The notes beneath the pieces were generated by a model, which did not search any database, was not told the DNA's origin, and saw nothing but the letters and a program-made list of their open reading frames with translations. DNA of 64,000 bases from NCBI GenBank assembly GCA_965221775.1, contig CBDCSU010000006.1, positions 2,048,001 through 2,112,000 of the forward strand, read 5' to 3'. A program made the translations under genes and the position numbers. This DNA comes from Candidatus Latescibacterota bacterium. Lineage in GTDB: Bacteria; Latescibacterota; UBA2968; UBA8231. Shown in pieces: positions 28,801-38,509 of the stretch (position 1 is its first letter; every line of letters starts with the position of its first letter).

Positions 28801-29018
28801 TTTCCAACGATGCGACGATCACCCGGGACGACACCGAGGTGGGCACCCGGCCCGTGCGCGGTCTGTCCGCTCCGGGCACCAGCTTCAAGCTGATCCGGCT
28901 GAGGACGCCATTGAGCCCTGGAGACTACTACTACGGAGCCTGCGTGGATCCGCCCGCCGGCGAAGCCGAGACCCGCAACAACTGCTCACCCGCCGTCAGG
29001 GTGAGGGTGGGAGGATAA
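25808..29018 (+). CDS. secreted multidomain protein: T9SS-CTD/FlgD-like + dockerin-like + two YWTD propellers + Ig/cadherin-like + CARDB; +1 frameshift near 28510-28525
   Basis: LLQNYPNPFNPST...GLYFYRL; GDVDGNG/GDVDRDG; 12 K(M/I)YWxD...RANLDGS-type repeats; twelfth repeat and CARDB (PDLV...YYYGACVD...NNCS) continue in another frame to TAA 29018. Confidence 0.8.
28121..28162 (+). repeat. 21-bp in-frame tandem duplication (WTATDYA/WTASDYA)
   Basis: tggacggcgWcggactatgcc x2. Confidence 0.85.
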
Positions 29019-29022
29019 CCCC

Positions 29023-29931
29023 ATGCGACGCTTCACCCGGACCCCCTGCTACTCCGGCCCCGACGACCCGGAGCGCGGTCAGCCGCGCGGCACGCTGAAA
29101 CTCGGCGAGACGGTCGTGGTGGAGACCGTGGGCGGCGCCGACCACGACTACGAGGCCGCCGGCGAGACCCGGGCGGGCATGATCGTGGCCGCCGACACGC
29201 CGCGGCACTCGCGCCACGGCGGTCCCTTCGTCATCGAGGGGATCGAGCCCGATGACTGGGTCGCCATCGAGATCCTGGAGATGGAGTGCGGACCCTACGG
29301 CTTCTACCGCAACGCCGGGCCCCACTGGGGCTATTGGCGGGCCGTGGCGCCGGTGCGGGACGGCCTCATCCACTTCCCGCCGGACTTCGTCGTTCCCGTG
29401 CGGCCCATGGTCGGCGTCATCCAGCTGGCGTCGGTGGCCCCCCATCCCATCGACCACGGGGGCAACATGGACTTCAACTCCATCCAGCCGGGAAGCACCG
29501 TCCACATCCGCGCCCAGAAGCCGGGGGGATACCTGTCGATGGGCGACACCCACGCGCGCATGGGGGAGGGGGAGCTGACCGCCGCCGGCGTGGAAATCGA
29601 CGCGGCGGTGACCATCCGCGTCGACCGCTCCCCCGGCTTCCCGAACGCCAGCCCCGTGGTGGAGAAGACGCGCCACGTGGAGGAGGCCGAGGAGTGGCTC
29701 ACGGGCGGCATCGGACCGAGCTGGGGTGAGGCGCTGAAGAAGGCCTGGATCGAGATGGTGGCCCTGATAGTCGACCGCTACGACACGACCTACGAGTACG
29801 CCAACATGATCGTCGGCACCATCGCCGACGCGCGGCCCGGCTTCGCTACCGAGTACATCGGCGACTACTGCACGGTGCAGCTGGCCATCACCAAGCAGCT
29901 GCGGCGCACGGGAACGCCCTACCAGCCCTGA
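29023..29931 (+). CDS. acetamidase/formamidase family protein
   Basis: GPF.IEG.EP.D, PMVGVI, HGGNMD, SMGDTHA.MGEGE. Confidence 0.88.
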   Translation: MRRFTRTPCYSGPDDPERGQPRGTLKLGETVVVETVGGADHDYEAAGETRAGMIVAADTPRHSRHGGPFVIEGIEPDDWVAIEILEMECGPYGFYRNAGPHWGYWRAVAPVRDGLIHFPPDFVVPVRPMVGVIQLASVAPHPIDHGGNMDFNSIQPGSTVHIRAQKPGGYLSMGDTHARMGEGELTAAGVEIDAAVTIRVDRSPGFPNASPVVEKTRHVEEAEEWLTGGIGPSWGEALKKAWIEMVALIVDRYDTTYEYANMIVGTIADARPGFATEYIGDYCTVQLAITKQLRRTGTPYQP

Positions 29932-29953
29932 CGGCCCGGGGGGCCCGGCGGAG

Positions 29954-31279
29954 TCAGGCCTCCAGTCCCGTCTCCCCCATCTGGCGCGAGGCCAGCACCC
30001 ACGGGTCCCGCGTCCGCACGCGGAACTCCTTCACCTTGTTCCGCATCTCCTCGGCCACCGGCTGCAGGGCCGGCTCGTCGATGAGGTTCTCCGCCTCCAC
30101 GGGGTCGGCCTCGACGTCGAAGAGCGCCTCGGCCCGCTGGCGCAGGAAGCCATCCGTCGGGCGCTTCCCCATCATCGCCATCCCCTCGCCCTCGACGGCC
30201 TTCCACGTGGGGGAGCCCCACAGGTCGCTGGGCAGGGGCCGCGTCAGCTCGGGGTAGAGGTTGCGCACGTACTTGTAGCGGCGCCCCCGCAAGCCGCGGT
30301 ACGGGTAGTAGTTCGTCACCTCGTGGAAGGTGTGGGAGAAGAAGGTCTCGTCCCAACCTGAAGGGTTCCGCTGGTCGAGGATGGGCACCAGAGAGCGCTC
30401 GGGCAGGCCCTCCGGCGGCTCCACGCCGCACCAGTCGAATACGGTGGGCGCGATGTTGCTCCAGTTGACCAGGGCGTCGCACTCGACCTGACCGGCGCCG
30501 GGGCGCGCGATCAGCAGCGGACAGTGGTGGCCGGAGTCGAAGGAGGAGGCCTTGGCCCCGGGGAAAGGCATGCCGTGGTCGCTCATGACGACGATCATCG
30601 TCTCGTCGGCGCGGCCGGCCGCCTCCAGGGCCTGCACCGCCAGCCCGATGCCGAGATCCAGCCGCGAGACCGCCTGGTAGTACTCGGTCAGCTCGGCGCG
30701 CACCTCCGGGTGGTCGGGCAGGAAGTCGGGGACCGGCACCTGCGCCGGGTCGTAGCGGGTCTCCTCCACGCCCTCGTAGCTCTGCCGGTTGCCGAAGTCG
30801 CGGTGTGGGTCGGAGAATCCCAGGTGCAGGTAGAAGGGGCGGTCTCCGGCGTCGGCCAGGAAGCCGGCCGCCATCTCGGCCATGACGGCCACGTTGCGCC
30901 CTCCGCCGGGGACCTGCTGCAGGTCGTGGGTCCAGGGGTAGACGCTCGCCGGCTGGGTGTGGAGCTTGCCGATGATGCCGGTGGCGTACCCGGCGGCGCC
31001 GAGCCGCTTCGGGATCGACGGCATGGAGGCGGCGGTGTGGAAGTTGTGCATCCCGTGGGAGTGGCCGTACTGGCCGTGGGTGTGGCTGTAGTGGCCGGTG
31101 AGGATGTTGGCGCGGCTGGCGGCGCACGACGGCGAGGTGCAGAAGGCGTGGGTGAAGCGCGTCGCCCGCCGGGCCAGGGCGTCCACATGGGGCGTCTGGA
31201 TGACGGGGCTGCCGTAGCAGCCGGCCAGGGGGCTCCAGTCGTCGGCGATGAGGAGCAGGACGCTGCGGCCGTCAGGCAT
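29954..31279 (-). CDS. sulfatase (N-sulfoglucosamine sulfohydrolase-like)
   Basis: IADD, CAASR..ILTG (CxAxR variant), GKLH, DPHR, SDHG. Confidence 0.92.
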   Translation of the reverse strand: MPDGRSVLLLIADDWSPLAGCYGSPVIQTPHVDALARRATRFTHAFCTSPSCAASRANILTGHYSHTHGQYGHSHGMHNFHTAASMPSIPKRLGAAGYATGIIGKLHTQPASVYPWTHDLQQVPGGGRNVAVMAEMAAGFLADAGDRPFYLHLGFSDPHRDFGNRQSYEGVEETRYDPAQVPVPDFLPDHPEVRAELTEYYQAVSRLDLGIGLAVQALEAAGRADETMIVVMSDHGMPFPGAKASSFDSGHHCPLLIARPGAGQVECDALVNWSNIAPTVFDWCGVEPPEGLPERSLVPILDQRNPSGWDETFFSHTFHEVTNYYPYRGLRGRRYKYVRNLYPELTRPLPSDLWGSPTWKAVEGEGMAMMGKRPTDGFLRQRAEALFDVEADPVEAENLIDEPALQPVAEEMRNKVKEFRVRTRDPWVLASRQMGETGLEA

Positions 31280-32801
31280 CGGCCCGCGGACCCACCGTTA
31301 GCACCACGATCTTCGGGTCCCAGGGATTGCCGCCGGGATAGTATGGCGGCATCAGGCGCCGGCGCCCCTCCCGGGCCGCGGCGCAGTGGAGCAGCGCCAG
31401 GGCCAGGACGTTGTCCTGGCTGGCGGCGCCGGCGGCGGACGGGTTCTCGGCCAGCAGGCCGTCCCGCGTACGTTCCGCGGCGAGCGCACTCCCAAGCGAT
31501 GCGGCGGCCTCGAGGCAGGCCGGCTCCCCCGTGGCCTCGTGCAGGTCGAGGAGGCCGAAGACGGCGGAGACGGGATCCGGGGTCCGCTCCCCGGCGGCGG
31601 GCAGGGGCACCGGGCCCCCCTCGCCGGTCCAGCCCATGGCGCCGGCGAGACCCGCGGCCATCTCCAGCAGGTCCTCCTCGCCGGTGACCCGGAAGGCCCG
31701 GGCCCAGGTCAGCAGGGCGCCGCCGTCGGCCGGCACCTTGACGAGCTTGGCCGGCGGACAGTAGCCCCGCTGCTCGGCGCCCTGCTCGCGGAGGCGCTGC
31801 CCGTCGTAGAGGATCGGGTGGAAGCAGCCGAGGGCGGGGTCCCAGCTGTGCTCCCTGAGAGCCCGCAGGTCCCGGAGGGCCACGTCGAGGAAGGCCCGCC
31901 CGCGATCCTCCCCGAGCTTGTCGCGGAGGTTCAGGAAGGTGAGCGCCGCCCGCTGGCCGCGGGTGACGATCGTCCCCGAGGTGAGGACCGTCGCCTCGTT
32001 GACGTCGGGACGGTCGCCCAGGGGAGGCTTGAAGGACTCGCGCACACGGCAGGGCTCGCGGTGGTTGAACTGGTAGGCGCCCAGCCCGGTCCGCGGGTGC
32101 CGAATCTGGTCGTAGCGGGAGACGAGGCTCGCGGCCCATCCCAAGGCCCGCTCCTCGCCGTGGAGGCGGAACAGCTCCGCCGCCGCGTAGATCAGGTCGC
32201 TGCCGGTGTTGATGAAGGAGAGGGCCGTCTGCTCGACGATCGGCAACGGCCCGGCGAGGAACTCCGCCTCTTCCCAGACCCGCGAGCGGTCCCACGGCCC
32301 GTACTCGCCGTGGCGGTTGAAGAGCAGGGTCGACCAGTCCCAGATGTGGGCCTGCCAGAAGGCCTCGACGAAGCGCCGCGTACGCTCCGGGTCGATTCGG
32401 TAGAGGTAGTCGTAGAAGGGGTAGACGCACTTCAGCTCGTGGTTCCCGGGCAGGGGGCCGTCCTCGTCCAAGGCATAGGTGGAGTGGCCTCCCCAGTAGA
32501 GCAGGCCGCCTTCGTCGGCGACCGCCGGCAGGGCGTGCTCGATCCAGCTCCTCGCGGCGTTGCCGAAGAGGCTCTCCCCCAGCGCGTCCAGCCCCGCAAG
32601 GACCCGCAGGAAGTGCTGCTGGCGGGCCAGGTTCGAGAGGACCCGCCCCTCCCAGCGCTCCGGCTCCCCCGTCGACAGGTCGACGTGGTCGGCCAGCATC
32701 GGGGTGCCGTGGCCGCTGTAGCGGTCGGCGCAGAGTTCCAGGACCGCGGCGGCGTGGCCGGCGGCCGTCCGGATCAGGCTCTCGGTGTCCATGGCCGTCA
32801 T
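31272..32801 (-). CDS. polysaccharide lyase family 2-like (pectate lyase-like)
   Basis: TPMLAD, SNLARQQ, LYWGGH, HELK, FNRHG, F.NTGSDLIYAA. Confidence 0.75.
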   Translation of the reverse strand: MTAMDTESLIRTAAGHAAAVLELCADRYSGHGTPMLADHVDLSTGEPERWEGRVLSNLARQQHFLRVLAGLDALGESLFGNAARSWIEHALPAVADEGGLLYWGGHSTYALDEDGPLPGNHELKCVYPFYDYLYRIDPERTRRFVEAFWQAHIWDWSTLLFNRHGEYGPWDRSRVWEEAEFLAGPLPIVEQTALSFINTGSDLIYAAAELFRLHGEERALGWAASLVSRYDQIRHPRTGLGAYQFNHREPCRVRESFKPPLGDRPDVNEATVLTSGTIVTRGQRAALTFLNLRDKLGEDRGRAFLDVALRDLRALREHSWDPALGCFHPILYDGQRLREQGAEQRGYCPPAKLVKVPADGGALLTWARAFRVTGEEDLLEMAAGLAGAMGWTGEGGPVPLPAAGERTPDPVSAVFGLLDLHEATGEPACLEAAASLGSALAAERTRDGLLAENPSAAGAASQDNVLALALLHCAAAREGRRRLMPPYYPGGNPWDPKIVVLTVGPRADA

Positions 32802-32808
32802 CCTTGTT

Positions 32809-33879
32809 TCAGCCGTCCGACCCCGGCAGGGGAGGCAGCTCCCCGAGGCGTCCGCCGTAGAGCTTGTTCAGCAGGCTGGCGCGCAGGCTCTCGGCGTCGT
32901 CCGCCGGGAAGCGGTCGGGGTGGCACCAGCGGGCCACCAGCTCGACGGTGAAGATGTACTTGAGGGTCCAGAAGTCGCAGGAGAACGGATCCGGCAGCTC
33001 GTGGACGCGCCCCTCGCGCACGGCGGAGACGGAGCGCCAGCCGGCCATCTCGCCCATGTCCGCGGGCCCGAGGCGGTCGTTGCACCACATGACGATCAGC
33101 TCCGGGTTCCAGACGAGAACGTTCTCGAGGTTGACCAGCAGGGCCTCCAGCTCGCTGTCGGCGGCCACGTTGGCGCCCCCCGCCAGGTCGATCAGCTCCT
33201 GCACGGTGCTGTTGCGGCCGGCCGTCTGCAGCGGCCCCTGGGCCCACATGAAGTAGACCCGCGGCAGGGCGGGCGCCTCTTCGCCCTCGGCGGGGGCGAT
33301 CTTGCGCCGCACCATCTCCAGCTCCTGGTCGGCGATGGCCAGCAGCTCGGCGGCGCGCTCCCCCGTGCCGGTGAGCGCGCCGAGGGCGGTGATCTCCCGG
33401 TGGATGTCCTCGAAGCGCTCGATGAAGACCCCGAAGACGGGGATCCCCTTCTCCTCCAGGGCCGCGATCGACTCCTCCTGCCCCGACCAGACGATGACGA
33501 GGTCGGGCTGCAGGGCGACCATGCTCTCGATGTTGACGAAGTCCCAGTTGCCCGGCGTCGCCAGGGTGCGGTGGCGGATGCGCTCGTCCATGGCCGCGTA
33601 GTAGGGGAAGACGCTGCCCTGGTAGACGTTGGTGGAGATGCCCACGATGCGGTCCTCGGCCCCGAGCATGTAGAGCCCCGTGAGGGCGCTCTCCAGCAGG
33701 CAGATGATGCGCTCCGCCGGCTTGTCCAGCTCGATGCGCTTGCCGCGGAAGTCGGTGGCCGCCACCCCTTCAGAGGCCGCGGGGGCGCCGGAGAGGCAGA
33801 GGCAGAGCAGAAAGAAAAGCCCCGCGGCGGCCGCTCCCGGTCGGGAGGGCGCCGCGGGGCTGGAAACCTCGGCGGTCAT
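32809..33879 (-). CDS. ABC substrate-binding protein, cobalamin/Fe-siderophore (BtuF-like) class
   Basis: TDFRG..I.L.KPAERII, N.E.MVALQPDLVI, LAGG.NV, WNPE.I. Confidence 0.88.
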   Translation of the reverse strand: MTAEVSSPAAPSRPGAAAAGLFFLLCLCLSGAPAASEGVAATDFRGKRIELDKPAERIICLLESALTGLYMLGAEDRIVGISTNVYQGSVFPYYAAMDERIRHRTLATPGNWDFVNIESMVALQPDLVIVWSGQEESIAALEEKGIPVFGVFIERFEDIHREITALGALTGTGERAAELLAIADQELEMVRRKIAPAEGEEAPALPRVYFMWAQGPLQTAGRNSTVQELIDLAGGANVAADSELEALLVNLENVLVWNPELIVMWCNDRLGPADMGEMAGWRSVSAVREGRVHELPDPFSCDFWTLKYIFTVELVARWCHPDRFPADDAESLRASLLNKLYGGRLGELPPLPGSDG

Positions 33880-33883
33880 GAAT

Positions 33884-35893
33884 CTAGAAGCTGACCATCA
33901 GGCCGCCGTTGGCCGAGAAGCCGGGATCCTGGAAGCCCCAGGGCATCTCGAAGGTCTGGTTGGTGAGGTTGTAAGGCTCGAGGAAGAGCGTCAGGTCGTA
34001 CCCGTCCTGGGTGCTGACGCCGTACTGGACGCGGGCGTTCACCAGCACATACCCGTCGAGAGGCTCGGCTGTCGTGCTGATGTCCTGGTAGATGCCGCTG
34101 TACTGCTGGGCGGTGATCGTCGCCCGCAGCCCGGTGGCCAGGGTCAGGTGGACGCCGACGCCGATGGCGCTGTCGGGCACGAAGTTGATCTTTGCGCCAA
34201 CCCGGTCCGGGTACTCCTCGTTCTCGGTCACCTCGGCGTTGGTGTAGGTGTAGTTGGCGAACCACTCCACCATGTCGCTGAGGCGGTGGGTGACCTCCAG
34301 CTCGGCGCCGTTGGTCGTGGTCTGGCCAGCGTTGATGTCCTGGGACTGGGCCGGATCATCCGCCGCCACCGGTACCACGATCTGCGTGATCTGATCGGTG
34401 AGGGCGATGTTGAAGCCCCGCACGCCGATCTGCAGTCCCTCCATGGCCTGGTAGTTCACGCCCAGGTCGATGCTGGTCCCCGACTCCGGCTTGATGTCCG
34501 GGTTGGGCAGGTGACCGCCCTTGCCGTCGGGAGGCACGGTGCCGCCCACCGACTTGAGGGAGGGCGCCTTGAAGCTGGTGCCCAGGTTGGCATAGACGCC
34601 GAGGTCGTCGCTCTGGTTGTAGCGTACCCCCGCGCTGTAGAGGAGCTTGCCCCAGGAATTGCTGTCCTCGTTCGGTGTCATTCCCTGCAACAGCTCGATG
34701 TCGTGGGCGATGGAGGTGAAGCGCGCCCCGGCCCGCAGGGTGATGTTGTCCAGCCGGAACTCCTCCTGGGCATAGAGACCGAGGGCGGTGGCGGTGGCGT
34801 CGTTGCCGGGGCTGACCTCGCCGGTCTCGCGCTGAGTGGCGTACGAGGCGAGCTGATAGTCGGCGCCCACGGTGAGCACGTCCGACTCGCGGGTGATGAC
34901 GGAGACAGAGAGATCGGCCGGAATGACCGACTGGTCGACGCCGTCCTCGGAGCGCAGCTCGCGGCTCTTCGGGTCCTCCCAGATGCCGTCCTCCTCCCAG
35001 CGCCGCACGTAGTCGCGGTAGCCGACCTTGGCGTTGGCGGTGATCTTGTCGGAGACCGGGTGGGTGTAGCCGGCGTTGAGGGTGGTGTAGGTGTGGCCGA
35101 AGTCGCGGTTGATGCGGCCGGCGTCGCCCGTGTGCCAGGTGCGGTGGGCGTAAAGGGAGGCCCGCTGACCGCTGTCGTTGAGGTAGTAGGTGCCGCGCAT
35201 GTAGAGCTTGGTCTTCTCGTACTCGGGGTTGTCGTCCATCTGCAGCCAGGAGCCCTCGGTGCCGTAGTCGGTGTAGTCCGAGTCCTCGTGGTGGCCGCCG
35301 AAGAACAGGTGCAGGTTGCCGGCGGCGCGCTGGTGGAAGAACCGGCCCCCGACCGTGCTGTAGGAGCCGCCGTAGACCGAGGCGCTGGTGCGGGTGCTCC
35401 GGACCCGCTCCTTGAGGATGAAGTTGGCCGTGCCCGCCAGCGGCGACTGGTTGCCGGCGAAGTCCATGGCCAGGTAGGTCGGATAGAGGACGGAGGCGGA
35501 GCCGCGCTGGTCCTCGACGCGCTGGAAGGCCCAGGGGTCGAGGCTCTGGAGATCGACGAAGGCGTCGATGGGCAGGCCGTCGAGCATGTAGCCCTTGTAG
35601 GTGTGGGCCAGGCCGCCGGAGGAGCCCCAGTTGGCGTCGTTCCGGGACAGGACGTTGGCGAAGTTGCCCGGGCTGTACGAGAGGAGCTCCGCCAGGTTGC
35701 CGTTGCCCTGGACCAGTGAGCCCATGTCGTCGGTGGTGATGATGGAGATCTTCTGGGTCACGTTCCCCGGCGTCTGGGGCAGCTTGGAGCCGGTGACGAT
35801 GACCTCCTCCATCTCGTAGACATCCTCGGCCGCGGCCGGTCCGGCGGCGATGGCGGCGGAAAGCAGCGGCACGAGGAAAAGAGTGCGCTTCAT
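33884..35893 (-). CDS. TonB-dependent receptor
   Basis: Signal peptide, EEVIVTG TonB box, LDGLP, SFKAPS, NPDIKPE, terminal Phe; AAGGGAGG RBS. Confidence 0.92.
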   Translation of the reverse strand: MKRTLFLVPLLSAAIAAGPAAAEDVYEMEEVIVTGSKLPQTPGNVTQKISIITTDDMGSLVQGNGNLAELLSYSPGNFANVLSRNDANWGSSGGLAHTYKGYMLDGLPIDAFVDLQSLDPWAFQRVEDQRGSASVLYPTYLAMDFAGNQSPLAGTANFILKERVRSTRTSASVYGGSYSTVGGRFFHQRAAGNLHLFFGGHHEDSDYTDYGTEGSWLQMDDNPEYEKTKLYMRGTYYLNDSGQRASLYAHRTWHTGDAGRINRDFGHTYTTLNAGYTHPVSDKITANAKVGYRDYVRRWEEDGIWEDPKSRELRSEDGVDQSVIPADLSVSVITRESDVLTVGADYQLASYATQRETGEVSPGNDATATALGLYAQEEFRLDNITLRAGARFTSIAHDIELLQGMTPNEDSNSWGKLLYSAGVRYNQSDDLGVYANLGTSFKAPSLKSVGGTVPPDGKGGHLPNPDIKPESGTSIDLGVNYQAMEGLQIGVRGFNIALTDQITQIVVPVAADDPAQSQDINAGQTTTNGAELEVTHRLSDMVEWFANYTYTNAEVTENEEYPDRVGAKINFVPDSAIGVGVHLTLATGLRATITAQQYSGIYQDISTTAEPLDGYVLVNARVQYGVSTQDGYDLTLFLEPYNLTNQTFEMPWGFQDPGFSANGGLMVSF

Positions 35894-36002
35894 CTGAGTG
35901 CCTCCCTTGTGAAGCGGTGCGAAGGTTGCTTGCATAGTCCGCGTCCGGGCGCGTCCCCCGAACGCGGGGAACAATATAAGGCACTTCCCACCCGGATTCG
36001 CT

Positions 36003-36020
36003 ATACAAACGATACAAACG
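36003..36020. promoter_or_regulatory. tandem direct repeat ATACAAACG x2 in divergent promoter region
   Basis: Perfect 9-bp repeat in an AT-rich stretch between the TonB receptor and deacetylase genes. Confidence 0.4.
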
Positions 36021-36027
36021 CTGATCG

Positions 36028-36843
36028 ATGAACCTGCTTGCGATCTTCGCCCATCCGGACGACGAGTCCTTCATCTGCGGGGGGGCCCTGGCGAAGGCCG
36101 CGGCCGAAGGGCACGACGTCCACCTGGTCTGCGCCACCCGCGGCGAGGAGGGCGAGATCGTCCACCCCGCCATCGACCCGGACCGCCACCCCAAGGGCGA
36201 GGCCCGGGGGCGGCTGCGTCTCGGGGAGCTGGAGAGGGCCTGCGCCGCCCTCGGGGTCCGGCCGCCCATCTGGCTGGGCCACTGCGACTCGGGGTTTCCC
36301 ATCGAGGTGGGACGGCGGAATCCCCGGGCGCTGATGAACCAGGAGGTGACCGCCCTCGAGCGGCAGATCCTGCCCGTCATCGCGGAGCTGAAGCCGGAGG
36401 TGGTGATCACCTTCGACCCCCACGGCCTCTATCCCCACATCGACCACGTCACCATCCACCGCGCCGCCACCGCCGCTTTCTGGTCGGCCGGCAGCGTCAT
36501 GCAGCCGGCGCCCCGGCGCCTCTACTACCCGGTCTACCCGCTGGAGTCGGTGCGCCGGACTCAGCAGGATCCAGACGCCACGATGTCCGACGTCGACGCC
36601 GATCTGTTCGGGGTGTCGGCAGACTCGGTGGCGTCCGCCGTCGACATCCGCGGCCAGCGGGAGCGCAAGCTGGCGGCGATCTGCGCCCACGCCTCGCAGT
36701 TCGGCACCGAGGAAGAGGTGCGGGCCCAGGTCCGGAAGCGGCCGCACATGATGGAGGTGGAGCACTACTCCCTCGGCGGCCTGCGGGGGAGCTTCCCGCC
36801 CATGCCGGTGGACGGCCTGTTCGCGGGCCTGGAGAGTTCCTGA
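36028..36843 (+). CDS. PIG-L/LmbE family deacetylase
   Basis: AHPDDE, ATRGEEG, H.DH, HASQ. Confidence 0.92.
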   Translation: MNLLAIFAHPDDESFICGGALAKAAAEGHDVHLVCATRGEEGEIVHPAIDPDRHPKGEARGRLRLGELERACAALGVRPPIWLGHCDSGFPIEVGRRNPRALMNQEVTALERQILPVIAELKPEVVITFDPHGLYPHIDHVTIHRAATAAFWSAGSVMQPAPRRLYYPVYPLESVRRTQQDPDATMSDVDADLFGVSADSVASAVDIRGQRERKLAAICAHASQFGTEEEVRAQVRKRPHMMEVEHYSLGGLRGSFPPMPVDGLFAGLESS

Positions 36844-36911
36844 CCGCGCCAGCGGCCTGACCTCCACCGGCCGGGGGGCTCGTGGCCGTCCCGGCGCAGG
36901 CGCTGAGGACG

Positions 36912-38036
36912 CTACCCGGCTGAGCCGCTCCGTGCGGCGGCCACCTCCTCGTAGACCCTCTCCTGATCGGCGGCGATCCGGTCCCAGCGGAACCGTTGCG
37001 CCCAGCGGCGGCCGGCGGCGCCCAGTTCGGCGCGCAGCCCGGGCTCGCGCAGCAGGCGCAGCATGGCGCCGGCGATCCCCTCCACGTCCTCGGCCTCCGC
37101 CAGCAGTCCGGTCTCGCCGTCGCGCACGGCGTCCACCAGGCCCGGGATGCGGGTGCCCACCACCGCCTTGCCCGCCGCCGAGGCCTCGACGGCGGCGATG
37201 CACCAGCCCTCGTAGCGGGAGGGGGCCACGTTGAACAGGGACCGCCGGAAGAGGTCCGTCTTCTTCCCCTCCAGCACGGGACCGGTGAACTCGACCCGCT
37301 GCTCCACGCCGGCCCGGCGGGCCAGCTCCTTCAGCTCGGCGACCCGCTCCGGGGAACCCCGGCCGGCGACCACGAGGCGGATGGCGCGGTGTTGCGACAT
37401 GACGCGGCCGAAGGCCTCCAGGAGCAGGTCCAGCCCCTTCGTGTAGGTGTCGAGACGGCCGAAGTAGAGGACGTAGCCGCCCTCTTCGGCGCCGTCCAGG
37501 AAGCAGCTGTCGTCGACGCCGGTGTAGACCAGGTGGAGGCCCCGGTCGCCGCGGATGGCGGCCAGACCCTCGGCGACGCTCGGCGAGATGGCGATGACCT
37601 GATCGTAGGCGCGCAGGGTGGCGCGCTCGATCGAGGCGGCGGGCAGCCCGAGGACCGGGCGCTTGCGGGTGGCGTGCCCCTGCATGAGGTGGAAGAACTC
37701 GAGGACGCCGGCGCGCCGGCGAGGGGCCGAGGCCCACAGGGGGGCGAAGGCGGAGAAGGAGTAGACCCACAGGTCGGCCTCGAAGCGCGCCAGGAAGCGG
37801 CTGGCGCGGGCGGAGTACGTGAGCCGGCTGACCGCGTACGACCGGGGGCTGCCGAGGTGGAGGACGCGCAGACCGTCGCGCTCCTCCTCGGGCGCAGCGC
37901 CCGGATAGGAGCCGCAGACGACGGTGATCTCGTGGCGGCCGGCCAGGCGGCGGCAGATCTCGAAAGTGCGGGCCGCGCCCCCGCCCCCGAGCCACGGGTT
38001 GCGGGGGTCGTCGTAGGAGGTGTGGAGGATCTTCAC
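36912..38036 (-). CDS. glycosyltransferase family 4
   Basis: MKIL, GGG, FGRL..KG.DLL, PS.YEGW.I..VEA, V.DGETG. Confidence 0.92.
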   Translation of the reverse strand: MKILHTSYDDPRNPWLGGGGAARTFEICRRLAGRHEITVVCGSYPGAAPEEERDGLRVLHLGSPRSYAVSRLTYSARASRFLARFEADLWVYSFSAFAPLWASAPRRRAGVLEFFHLMQGHATRKRPVLGLPAASIERATLRAYDQVIAISPSVAEGLAAIRGDRGLHLVYTGVDDSCFLDGAEEGGYVLYFGRLDTYTKGLDLLLEAFGRVMSQHRAIRLVVAGRGSPERVAELKELARRAGVEQRVEFTGPVLEGKKTDLFRRSLFNVAPSRYEGWCIAAVEASAAGKAVVGTRIPGLVDAVRDGETGLLAEAEDVEGIAGAMLRLLREPGLRAELGAAGRRWAQRFRWDRIAADQERVYEEVAAARSGSAG

Positions 38037-38123
38037 CGGCGGCCGATCCGGGGGGCCGGTGGAGCCGCATGGCTCCGGCGCCCGCGCATGACCCGACCGG
38101 GGTGCGTGACTTGGGCCAGGGAA

Positions 38124-38386
38124 CGGTTCGGGGTTGCCCGGGGCGCCGGCGGGCCGGGATGCCCCAGGCGCTCGTGCGGGGACTTCTCAGGCGGAGCGGC
38201 GGGCGCCCGGAGGCGGTTCGGGGTTGCCCGAGGCGCCGGCGGGCCTGAATGCCCCAGGCGCCAGCGCGGGGGGTTCTCAGGTGGAGCGGCCAGCGCCCGG
38301 AGGCGGTTCGGGGTTGCCCGAGGCGCCGGCGGGCCGGGATGCCCCCGGCGCTCGCGCGGGGACTTCTGAGGCGGAGCGGCCGGCGC
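38124..38386. repeat. 90-bp tandem repeat, about 3 copies
   Basis: cggttcggggttgcccg at 38124, 38214 and 38304; units similar throughout with no unique spacers. Confidence 0.9.
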
Positions 38387-38509
38387 GGGAGGAGGGTCCG
38401 CGGAGGAGACCGGCGCCAGGAGAGGGCCACCCGCTGCATGCCGAGCACCTGCGTCGCCTCCGGACCGGAGGCGCTGGCCGGGCAGCCCTGGCGGCCGCAA
38501 GTTAGGCGC

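Noticed and set aside
35894-36027. Cobalamin riboswitch upstream of the TonB receptor
   Set aside because: Only about 130 bp and no full B12-box architecture beyond an isolated GGGAA
38124-38386. CRISPR array
   Set aside because: Whole 90-bp unit is repeated; no unique spacers and no cas genes
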